A DNA stretch of 24,000 nucleotides from Halodesulfovibrio marinisediminis DSM 17456. Lineage in GTDB: Bacteria > Desulfobacterota > Desulfovibrionia > Desulfovibrionales > Desulfovibrionaceae. The stretch is taken from assembly GCF_900129975.1 (NCBI RefSeq), contig NZ_FSRG01000007.1, positions 11,908 through 35,907 of the forward strand. Reading direction: 5' to 3'. Both the position numbers and the translations under genes were made by a program. Shown here in pieces: positions 15,017-22,413 of the stretch; position 1 is the first letter of the stretch; each line of letters opens with the position of its first letter. The notes under the pieces are model-generated. The model was given only the letters and a program-made list of their open reading frames with translations, was not told the DNA's origin and searched no databases.

Positions 15017-16495
15017 ATGTCTATCGATTTACTAATTATCATCGGATATTTCCTTGTAATGATCGGGTGTGGTATTGCCGGGATCTTTTTTGCTAAGAAC
15101 AACGAGGACTTCCTTGTTGCCGGACGTAACTTACGCTTCTGGATGTATTTCCCATGTCTTGCCAGTGTTATTCTCGGCGGCGGTGCTACCTTTGGTTCCG
15201 TAAAGCTTGCATATCAGTTCGGCATTTCCGGCTCATGGGTTGTACTTATGTACGGCTTTGGTGTGATGAGCATGGGGATACTGCTCTCCAGTAAAATGGC
15301 TAACCTTCGTGTTATCAGTTTGAGTGAGATGCTGGAAGTACGCTACGCAGCCAGCGCACGCTATATCAGTGCAATTATCTCCTGTATCTACACAGCAATG
15401 ATCGCTGTAGTGCAGGTTATTGCAATCGGCACAATTCTCCATGCATTTTTCGGATGGGATATGGTGACCTCCATGATCGCTGGTGGTGCCGTTTCCCTGC
15501 TGTACACATTGCTTGGTGGTATGTGGTCTGTAACTATCACAGATGTTATTCAGTTTGCACTTATGATGGTGGGCGTGTTCGGTTTCCTCGTGCCGCTTTC
15601 CATTGATAAGGCGGGCGGACTTGATGCTATGTTCAATGCAGTGCCTCAGTCATACTTTGATCCGTTTGCCATCGGCTGGGATCAGCTTCTTATGTACTTC
15701 CTCCTCATGTACCTTGGTATTATGATTGGTCAGGATATCTGGCAGCGCGTGTTTACAGCAAAAAGCGGCAAGGTCGCTACTACTGGTACCGTCACAGCTG
15801 GATTCTTCTCTGTACTCTGGGGTGGCGCAATGGCAATTTGCGGTATGGCTGCGTTTATTCTGCTCCCAGATCTCGATGAGCCACAGAAAGCTCTTGGTCA
15901 GCTTGTTGTAACAGTAATGCCAAGCGGCTTGCTCGGCATGGTTGTAGCTGGCCTGCTTTCCACACTTATGTCTACAGTGAGCGGCACGATTCTCGCGTCC
16001 TCCACACTTATTATTAACGACCTTGTTAAACCGTTCCGCAGTGACATGGATTCAAAACAGGAGATGTTCCTCTCCCGCGCTATTACCTTAGCTGTTGGTA
16101 TTGTGGTGCTCCTCCTTGCGGTTGTTATCGGTGACGTTATGCATGCGCTTGATATCGCATATGCATTGCTTTCCGGCTGTATCTTTGTACCGGTTGTTGC
16201 AGGCTTCTTTTGGCGTCAAGCAACTGCGCAGGGTGCTGTGTACTCCATCATCGTCAGCGGTATAGTTACTACCGTTTGCATCATGACCTACGGTGCGTTT
16301 TCAGCACATACTATTATCTACGGTATGTTGAGCAGTGCGGTTGTTCTTGTTGTCGTAAGTCTTATGACTGGTCCTCCAAATCCTGCACAGCTTGCTGAGT
16401 GGGAGGCGCGTCTTGCTGCTTCTGAAAATTACGATGCAGATAATATGACTGACGAGGAGCGTGCGGCTCAGGCTCAGACAGCAGCGTTGCACTAA
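15017..16495 (+). CDS. sodium:solute symporter (SSS) family transporter
   Basis: 492-aa polytopic membrane protein with a composition and length typical of PutP/PanF-like SSS carriers. Its ATG is 3 nt after the ureohydrolase stop, and GGAG lies inside the upstream gene's end. Confidence 0.82.
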   Translation: MSIDLLIIIGYFLVMIGCGIAGIFFAKNNEDFLVAGRNLRFWMYFPCLASVILGGGATFGSVKLAYQFGISGSWVVLMYGFGVMSMGILLSSKMANLRVISLSEMLEVRYAASARYISAIISCIYTAMIAVVQVIAIGTILHAFFGWDMVTSMIAGGAVSLLYTLLGGMWSVTITDVIQFALMMVGVFGFLVPLSIDKAGGLDAMFNAVPQSYFDPFAIGWDQLLMYFLLMYLGIMIGQDIWQRVFTAKSGKVATTGTVTAGFFSVLWGGAMAICGMAAFILLPDLDEPQKALGQLVVTVMPSGLLGMVVAGLLSTLMSTVSGTILASSTLIINDLVKPFRSDMDSKQEMFLSRAITLAVGIVVLLLAVVIGDVMHALDIAYALLSGCIFVPVVAGFFWRQATAQGAVYSIIVSGIVTTVCIMTYGAFSAHTIIYGMLSSAVVLVVVSLMTGPPNPAQLAEWEARLAASENYDADNMTDEERAAQAQTAALH

Positions 16496-16524
16496 TGGAG
16501 TTTTGTAACCTGAATAGATAGAAA

Positions 16525-16562
16525 TAAAAAAGCTCGGGGGGAAGACTTTCCGGGCTTTTTTG
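16525..16562 (+). terminator. rho-independent terminator of the ureohydrolase-symporter operon
   Basis: AGCTCGG...CCGGGCT stem with one mismatch, flanked by an A-run and a T6 run. It begins 30 nt after the symporter stop. Confidence 0.6.
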
Positions 16563-16718
16563 TACATGTGTGGTTTGCCTGAGAGCACAGCATTTGCTAG
16601 TGTCGGCAACACAACTTTAAAAGAAAATATGCTTCTGCATATCATGTATAGCAGGCTGTAGTCCGGTTGGCAGGTCGGTGTTACAGTCGCACTCAACCTT
16701 TTTCACTAGGAATCGTGT

Positions 16719-18134
16719 ATGCGCAATTACACTCCTTATGAAAGCGGGATGCGGGATTTGTTGGCAGAGCCTTATCCCATTCGTGCAAACTTACCGGAGT
16801 TGCACGATCTGTATTCTGTGATCGAATCTATGCACGATAACGTTGTTATTGTGGATAAACTGGGCGTTGTTATCTGGGTGAGCAGTTGTTTCGAACGAAC
16901 ATATGGTATTTCTAAAAGCGACATTGTCGGCAGAACAGCTGCCGAGATGGAAGCAGAGGGGTTTTATAGTCCTTCTGTAGCTTCGCTTGTATTGCAAGGA
17001 AAACAGACTGTAACCATTGTTGAAGATAACCAGCTTGGTGGCCGTAATGTTGTTACGGGAGTGCCTATTTTCGACGACGCAGGTGATGTCGAATGGGTTA
17101 TCAGTTACACAATAGATTCCCGCTACTTCCTTAAGTTGAATAACGAATACGAAAAGCTGAATACCGCACTTGATGGAAATCAGATTGTCTTGAATCCAGA
17201 TCCGTCATCGTGGGGTGTCGTAGCTATCAGCCCTGCAATGAAGCGGGTGCTTGAGTATGTCTCCAAGGTTGCTCTTGTAGATACCAACGTGCTTATAACC
17301 GGAGAGTCCGGTGTTGGTAAGAATGTTATTTCCCGTCTTATCCATAAGCAAAGTGACCGTTTAGACGGCCCGTTGATGGAAATTAATTGTGCCGGTATCC
17401 CTGCAAACCTTCTTGAGTCAGAATTGTTTGGTTACGAGGCCGGAGCGTTTACCGGTGCCAGCCGGCAGGGGAAGGTAGGGCGTATCGAACTTGCCAATGG
17501 TGGCACCTTGGTGCTGGATGAAATTGGTGAGCTACCTCTAGAGTTGCAGGCAAAGCTGCTGCAAGTGATTCAGGAAAAAAAACTGACTAAACTAGGTGGT
17601 ACCCGAGCTATTGATGTGGACTTCAGGCTTATTGCAGCAACAAACCAGAACTTGCGATCTCTTGTGGATAAGAAACGGTTCCGCAGTGATTTATTTTTCC
17701 GTTTGAATGTGCTTCACCTGAACATTCCACCGTTACGAGAGCGCACTGAGGATATCTTACCGCTCGCGAATAATGTTCTCGAAGAAGCTAATGGCAAGTA
17801 TTCAACAAATAAGTATTTTTCACCGGAAGTTACAGATGCGCTACAAATGTATTCATGGCCGGGGAACGTGCGTGAATTGCGAAATGTAGTGGAACGACTG
17901 GTGATTATTTCCGAACAGCTGATTATTACAGAAGAAGACTTACCGTCACATATTCGGGACGGGGCTTTTTTGGAAAGGGAAAACAAGCTGCCGCTTAAGA
18001 ACGCTCTCCATGAACTGGAGAGGAAGCTTGTAACCCGAGCTTACAAAAAACATAAGACTACAGTGGCTACAGCAAAAGCATTGGGTATCAGCCAGCCTAG
18101 TGCTGCCCGTAAGATTGCTAAGTACTGCAAGTAA
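16719..18134 (+). CDS. sigma-54-dependent transcriptional activator (PAS sensor + AAA+ + Fis-type HTH; RocR/PrpR-like architecture)
   Basis: N-terminal PAS-like region (NVVIVDKLGVVIWVSSCFERTYGISKSDIVGRT). Walker A GESGVGKN, ESELFGYEAGAFTGA (GAFTGA motif), Walker B LVLDEIGE, and C-terminal HTH TVATAKALGISQPSAARKIAKY. Confidence 0.9.
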   Translation: MRNYTPYESGMRDLLAEPYPIRANLPELHDLYSVIESMHDNVVIVDKLGVVIWVSSCFERTYGISKSDIVGRTAAEMEAEGFYSPSVASLVLQGKQTVTIVEDNQLGGRNVVTGVPIFDDAGDVEWVISYTIDSRYFLKLNNEYEKLNTALDGNQIVLNPDPSSWGVVAISPAMKRVLEYVSKVALVDTNVLITGESGVGKNVISRLIHKQSDRLDGPLMEINCAGIPANLLESELFGYEAGAFTGASRQGKVGRIELANGGTLVLDEIGELPLELQAKLLQVIQEKKLTKLGGTRAIDVDFRLIAATNQNLRSLVDKKRFRSDLFFRLNVLHLNIPPLRERTEDILPLANNVLEEANGKYSTNKYFSPEVTDALQMYSWPGNVRELRNVVERLVIISEQLIITEEDLPSHIRDGAFLERENKLPLKNALHELERKLVTRAYKKHKTTVATAKALGISQPSAARKIAKYCK

Positions 18135-18210
18135 TCAGATCTTTTTTGAAAAAATGAAATAGGTCGGAAATACCATCTTGTTGTATGTTTTTTTAGTATG
18201 GCTATCGTAA

Positions 18211-18255
18211 AAAAACATAAAAAAGGGGTGATTCTACGTAGTAGTAGAATCACCC
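18211..18255 (-). terminator. intrinsic terminator (best oriented for the minus-strand small gene; may also stop the plus-strand regulator transcript)
   Basis: GGGTGATTCTAC (18226-18237), loop GTAGTA, GTAGAATCACCC (18244-18255). On the minus strand the stem is followed by a T-rich run (the complement of 18211-18225). Confidence 0.6.
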
Positions 18256-18355
18256 GATATTTTCATACGAGCGCCATGTGTTACAACAGCATGCTGCGTA
18301 GTCAGAAGACAATGAATCCATTGCCCTCGGATAATACAGCCTTGTTGCTGATGAA

Positions 18356-18610
18356 TTACTGAGCAGGCAAGTCGTCTTTGGTAAACATACGCCAGCTTGT
18401 AGTGCCGTCTTCAGAAGATTCAGGCATAACACGCAGAATAGGGTCGCCTTTCCAGTAATAGATCATGGAATCGTCAGAGAAAACATCACATTTCATGTTT
18501 TCTGCGATAACATGCGGCTCTAACTTACTTACCTCAATTCCAAGTTCGCTTAGTTGTTCGCGCAACAGTTCTTCAACACGTGCTGCTACGCTCTGAGACA
18601 TTTTGCTCAT
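18356..18610 (-). CDS. small hypothetical protein (84 aa), no recognisable family
   Basis: GAGGAG RBS 6 nt upstream of the ATG (complement of 18617-18622), a soluble acidic composition, and a downstream hairpin terminator. I recognise no motif. Confidence 0.55.
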   Translation of the reverse strand: MSKMSQSVAARVEELLREQLSELGIEVSKLEPHVIAENMKCDVFSDDSMIYYWKGDPILRVMPESSEDGTTSWRMFTKDDLPAQ

Positions 18611-18833
18611 AGAGTTCTCCTCATTATGATGGATGGACTATATCCTTGATTGCAATAGTTCGCAATTGTGTAGCTGTGTTGAAAAGTGAGTACTGACAAC
18701 TTTGTTGAAAAGATGACGGCTTGTCCGCAAGTTGCTATAAAGTAGAAAGGGTTGAAGTGTAAAAAAAAGTTACGGAATCTTGAGGCCCTTCGGCCTGCGT
18801 AATGTACTTTATCAATTAGTAAAAAGGATAATC

Positions 18834-19517
18834 ATGCAACTTTCTACAGTGCTTTCTCAAATGCCTTTTTTTAGTGGGCTTTCAGAAGAACAGCTTTCAG
18901 AACTGGCGACAATTGCTGTAAAAAAAGAAGTAGGGCGCGGGCAGATAATTTTCTATGAGTCTGCTCCGGCAGAAGGCTTTTACATTGTGCTGTCCGGCAG
19001 GGTGAAGATTTATAAGACTGGTCCTGATGGACGTGAGGCAATTATCCATTTGTATGGTTCTGGCGAAACGTTCGGTGAAGTGGCTGTTTTCCAGAATAGT
19101 TCGTTTCCTGCACACTCTGAAGCAGTGGAGAAGTCCACACTTGCTTTTTTCCCTCGCAAAGGACTTCTTGATTGTATTGCAAAAGATCCTGCACTGGCTC
19201 TTGCAATGCTTGGTGCCATGTCTATGAAGTTGCGCATGTTTACCAAACAAGTTGAAGCGTTGACACTTCATGAAGCACCACAACGTCTTGCATCGTATTT
19301 ACTGTACACCAGCGAAGAAAAAAACGGCGCCGTTACATTTAAGCTTGATGTTTCCAAAGGTCTGCTTGCCGGAATGCTTGGTACCGCACGCGAAACTCTA
19401 TCCCGTACTCTTTCTAAAATGGCTGACAGAGGACTTGTTTCTGTTGAAGGGCGTCAAATTACCATTGAGGATATGGCAGCACTCGAAGATTTGGCAGAAG
19501 GGGAAATTGTCCTGTAA
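18834..19517 (+). CDS. Crp/Fnr family transcriptional regulator (no N-terminal Cys cluster; Dnr/HcpR-like by appearance)
   Basis: cNMP-binding-like beta-roll (FFSGLSEEQLSELA..GFYIVLSGRVKIYK..GREAIIHLYGSGETFGEVAVF) and C-terminal HTH (GMLGTARETLSRTLSKMADRGLV). I prefer ATG 18834 over the TTG at 18780 used in the track. Confidence 0.85.
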   Translation: MQLSTVLSQMPFFSGLSEEQLSELATIAVKKEVGRGQIIFYESAPAEGFYIVLSGRVKIYKTGPDGREAIIHLYGSGETFGEVAVFQNSSFPAHSEAVEKSTLAFFPRKGLLDCIAKDPALALAMLGAMSMKLRMFTKQVEALTLHEAPQRLASYLLYTSEEKNGAVTFKLDVSKGLLAGMLGTARETLSRTLSKMADRGLVSVEGRQITIEDMAALEDLAEGEIVL

Positions 19518-19843
19518 GACGTAGACGGTTTTCGGAGTTGGTTTTGGTGGCCTTGGCGCTGGAGTCTTGATGAGCGTGGTGTTTGGGACTATCCTAATGG
19601 AGTAGCTCTATTCTTTTCGCAATTTCATATCAGCCAACTATTTAAAATACCGACAATAAGAGTGAATGTGGAGTTGTAGCTCGGGAGCTCTGTCTGTAAG
19701 TCTAAATTTGATTTTTTCTAATTTTCATATGATTCCTGACTGTTGCGTTGTTCTTGTTTTTCATGATTGAATATGATTGCATGGATAGTTGTATGCAACA
19801 TATTGTTAGCATTGCTAGATTGTTCCGTAAGTCTATTTATGAA

Positions 19844-19877
19844 CCGCCTTTGAAATTCTTCAAAGGCGGTTTTTTTC
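19844..19877 (+). terminator. strong rho-independent terminator with no adjacent annotated gene
   Basis: CCGCCTTTGAA (19844-19854), loop ATTC, TTCAAAGGCGG (19859-19869), then a T7 run. It lies 327 nt downstream of the Crp/Fnr stop. Confidence 0.75.
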
Positions 19878-20100
19878 TGTAATAAAAGTGTGATGCAGAA
19901 CTATTATGACGCAGTAAAGAAAGAATACTGTAATTTATCAACAATATTACAATGTAGTAATGTCGATTTTGTGTTCTTTCTGCTAGCTTGGTTGTAATCG
20001 CTTGAGGTTGTTGCGATCAGTGTTGCAGCATGCTGCATTAATAAAAGTTGAACGTAACAAGTATCTTACTGAATAAAATCTTATAGATAGGAGGCACGCT

Positions 20101-20493
20101 ATGGTGAGAGCGAAGCTGATTGCTTGTAATATCGCAGCATTAATGGTGTTGGTTGCATTGGTGCTGCCAACAGTTGTCAAGGCAGAAGGACCGTGTCCAG
20201 TGGTTGTGAAAAAGGTGTGTGAAACTACACCAGTACCACCAGTTGATGTTGTAAGGTCTCCGACCTTTACTAGCCCCAAAGAAGTTACATTGTATGTCCC
20301 AATGAACCAAATGGCTATCAACAAAGCTCTGTCAACCGCTGATGAACGTAAAGTTCCTGCTCTGTCTACCCGCCGTGCTGTGGGCCGTGCTGTGCGTAGG
20401 GGAACCTTTGTCTACCCTCGTTGTGAATGGCCTGTTTACGCACCGGAAAAATACCGCGTTAACCCTGTAATTGTGCGTACAGAAAAACCGTAA
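20101..20493 (+). CDS. secreted hypothetical protein (130 aa, Sec signal peptide)
   Basis: Strong RBS TAGGAGG upstream. Signal peptide MVRAKLIACNIAALMVLVALVLPTVVKA/EGP. The mature part is Pro/Val-rich and the C-terminal half is basic. A terminator follows. No family recognised. Confidence 0.65.
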   Translation: MVRAKLIACNIAALMVLVALVLPTVVKAEGPCPVVVKKVCETTPVPPVDVVRSPTFTSPKEVTLYVPMNQMAINKALSTADERKVPALSTRRAVGRAVRRGTFVYPRCEWPVYAPEKYRVNPVIVRTEKP

Positions 20494-20517
20494 CGTACTT
20501 GCTGAAGAGATGAATAT

Positions 20518-20555
20518 AAAAAGGCCTCGGTACCAAAGGTACTGAGGCCTTTTTT
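20518..20555. terminator. bidirectional intrinsic terminator between convergent genes
   Basis: GGCCTCGGTAC (20523-20533), loop CAAAG, GTACTGAGGCC (20539-20549). An A5 run lies upstream and a T-run downstream, so the structure works on both strands. Confidence 0.8.
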
Positions 20556-20611
20556 CAACTCTGCCTGATTAGATAAACGTATCGTGTAGGAAGCAAGGCT
20601 ATCCGGTACGG

Positions 20612-21355
20612 TTAGCCGAACATGGTTTTCTGAGCTTTAGCGCCACCGCAGGTCATGATGGTTTCTTTTGCTTCGATATCGACGCCGGAAAGCTTGATAG
20701 CATCAGCCAGTGCACGGGAAAGACCGGTACAGCAAGGTACTTCCATACGCAGCACACTGATTGATCGGATACCGCTGGTGCGGATAATGTCTGCAAGTTT
20801 ATTCACGTACTCGCCGGTGTCATCAAATTTTGGACAACCGATAAGGACTACTTTGTCTTTTGCAAATTCACTATGGAAAATTGGTGATGCTGCTGCCGCA
20901 CAGTCTGCAGCTACAAGTACATCTGCATTTTTGAGGTATGGTGCAGTCGGCGGAACAAGACGGATTTTGAGAGGCCAGTGCCCCGGACCGGAAACTTTGT
21001 TGCCCGGTACTTTAATTTCAACAGTTTTCATGCTCTGCACCTGTGATCCCATGCAGCCGCAAGGGCTGGACTTTGGAGCTGCTTTTACTGCTGCTTCTTT
21101 TGCGTCGCGTTCTTTTACCCACGCCATTGCTGCTTCTTCATCAAATTCAGGAGCTTCTCGTTCAATAATGTGTAATGCATCCTGAGGACATGCTCCAAGG
21201 CAAGCTCCCAAGCCGTCACAGTATTCATCTTTAACTATTTTAGCTTTGCCGTTGATGATCTGGATAGCACCTTCAGCACAGTCAAGAACGCACAGGCCGC
21301 AACCGTCACAACGCTCTTCATCAATTTCAATAATTTTACGCACTACTTTATTCAT
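20612..21355 (-). CDS. 2x[4Fe-4S] ferredoxin-domain protein with a Cys-containing C-terminal domain of unknown function
   Basis: 247 aa with two cluster motifs, CDGCGLCVLDC and CDGLGACLGACP. The C-terminal half has the conserved-looking LVAADCAA, LIGCPKFDD and MEVPCCTGL. The RBS AAGGAG is 7 nt upstream. Confidence 0.8.
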   Translation of the reverse strand: MNKVVRKIIEIDEERCDGCGLCVLDCAEGAIQIINGKAKIVKDEYCDGLGACLGACPQDALHIIEREAPEFDEEAAMAWVKERDAKEAAVKAAPKSSPCGCMGSQVQSMKTVEIKVPGNKVSGPGHWPLKIRLVPPTAPYLKNADVLVAADCAAAASPIFHSEFAKDKVVLIGCPKFDDTGEYVNKLADIIRTSGIRSISVLRMEVPCCTGLSRALADAIKLSGVDIEAKETIMTCGGAKAQKTMFG

Positions 21356-21628
21356 AAAAAACTCCTTTAAGCGAAGTCGCTTTATTCCTCATTTGTTGAG
21401 TTCACTATACGCGGTTCTCTTTTTCATGTTGTGACGTACAGCAAAAATATGAACTTTTTTTGCGGTAGACTTTTTTTGAAGTAGAACTTGTTTTATATAG
21501 TTCAAAGCTCATTTAGTATGAAGAGTGTGCCTGTAAAATTATACAGCTGGACTTGCAAGTTTTGCTTCTCTTCGGCACTCTTTAGTGTGAAATGAATTAT
21601 ATAACGAGTTGTTAATAAGGATATATTC

Positions 21629-22300
21629 ATGAAATTCGCTGAAATAAATTTGCTTGCAGAGCTGGAAAAGCCTGAGTTTAAAGAACTGCGTACCGCATTG
21701 AATGAACGTAAATTTGTTGCAACCGAGATGATAGCTGATCCATTTAGTGCAGCAGATGATGAAATTACCAAGCCGGATGCTTCTGCTTCTGGTTGTGTTT
21801 TTATAGTTAAAGAAGGACGCCTTAGGGTATTCCTTTCGGCAGAAGGGAAAGAGTTTACGCTGTCAATTTTGGAACCAGGTGATATATATACGTGTCATAC
21901 CGGAACGTTTGTTCAGGCTTTGACGCCCGGCCTGTTGCTTACAACAAGTATTCCGGTGTTTCATGCCTACATGCGTGATATTCCGCAGGTCAGCAAAGTT
22001 ATGGTTCGTATTCTTGGTAATATGTTGAAGAGCTCGTTCGGTATTATTGACGGCCTCGTTTTTGGAGATGCTTCCACACGGCTTACAGATTTTTTGTTGT
22101 CCATAGCAAAAGATGAAGGTGGGAAGCAGGTCGCACGCCTTGGTATGACAGGTGAACAGCTTGCACAACATATTGGTTCCACACGACAGACTGCTTCAAC
22201 GTTGCTTAACGATATGGTGCGCTCTGGTATTCTTATACGCGTTAAACGTGGTGTTTTTGAGATTGTAGATAGAACGCGGCTGGAGGAGCTTAAAAAGTAG
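21629..22300 (+). CDS. cooA: CO-sensing heme transcriptional activator CooA (Crp/Fnr family)
   Basis: 223 aa. VFIVKEGRLRVFLSAEGKEFTLSILEPGDIYTCHTG aligns by eye with my recollection of R. rubrum CooA VFVVVDGRLRVYLVGEEREISLFYLTSGDMFCMHSG (heme ligands Cys75/His77). The HTH IGSTRQTASTLLNDM aligns with IGSSRQTTSTALNSL. The gene sits directly upstream of cooS. Confidence 0.82.
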   Translation: MKFAEINLLAELEKPEFKELRTALNERKFVATEMIADPFSAADDEITKPDASASGCVFIVKEGRLRVFLSAEGKEFTLSILEPGDIYTCHTGTFVQALTPGLLLTTSIPVFHAYMRDIPQVSKVMVRILGNMLKSSFGIIDGLVFGDASTRLTDFLLSIAKDEGGKQVARLGMTGEQLAQHIGSTRQTASTLLNDMVRSGILIRVKRGVFEIVDRTRLEELKK

Positions 22301-22335
22301 CTTAGTTGAACGTAACGAGGTATTTTTCCAATAAT

Positions 22336-22351
22336 TGTCAGCTTGCTGACA
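22336..22351. promoter_or_regulatory. CooA operator upstream of cooS
   Basis: TGTCAGCTTGCTGACA is a perfect 16-bp palindrome of the TGTCA-N6-TGACA type bound by CooA. It lies 62 nt upstream of the cooS ATG, leaving room for a class-II-type -10 region around 22368-22378. Confidence 0.7.
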
Positions 22352-22413
22352 GAAGCAGGATTATGAGTATGTAAGAGAGGATGTAGAACATAAAATTTTT
22401 GAGGAGAGCACAA

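Noticed and set aside
16668-16683. Sigma-54-like TGGCAG-N5-TGTTA upstream of the activator gene
   Set aside because: The -12 element lacks the conserved GC (TGTT instead of TTGC). A sigma-70-like TTGCTA-N16-TTTAAA promoter upstream is a better candidate.
19763-19882. 39-codon Cys-containing ORF (MIEYDCMDSCMQHIVSIARLF...) ending beyond the orphan terminator
   Set aside because: It has no Shine-Dalgarno, and it reads straight through the terminator stem and T-run, which makes translation unlikely.
21429-21446. Possible Fnr/HcpR-type box TTGTGAcgtacaGCAAAA upstream of the ferredoxin-domain gene (and TGTGAaatgaaTTATA at 21586-21601)
   Set aside because: Only the left half-site is good. The right halves miss the key T and C positions of TCACAA, so this is not distinguishable from chance without a genome-wide profile.
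21451-21494. Considered whether the short direct repeats here and at 18677-18716 could be a CRISPR array
   Set aside because: The repeats are only 10-12 nt long, there are two or three imperfect copies, and the 4-16-nt gaps between them are far too short to be spacers. They are consistent with promoter-region repeats, not CRISPR.
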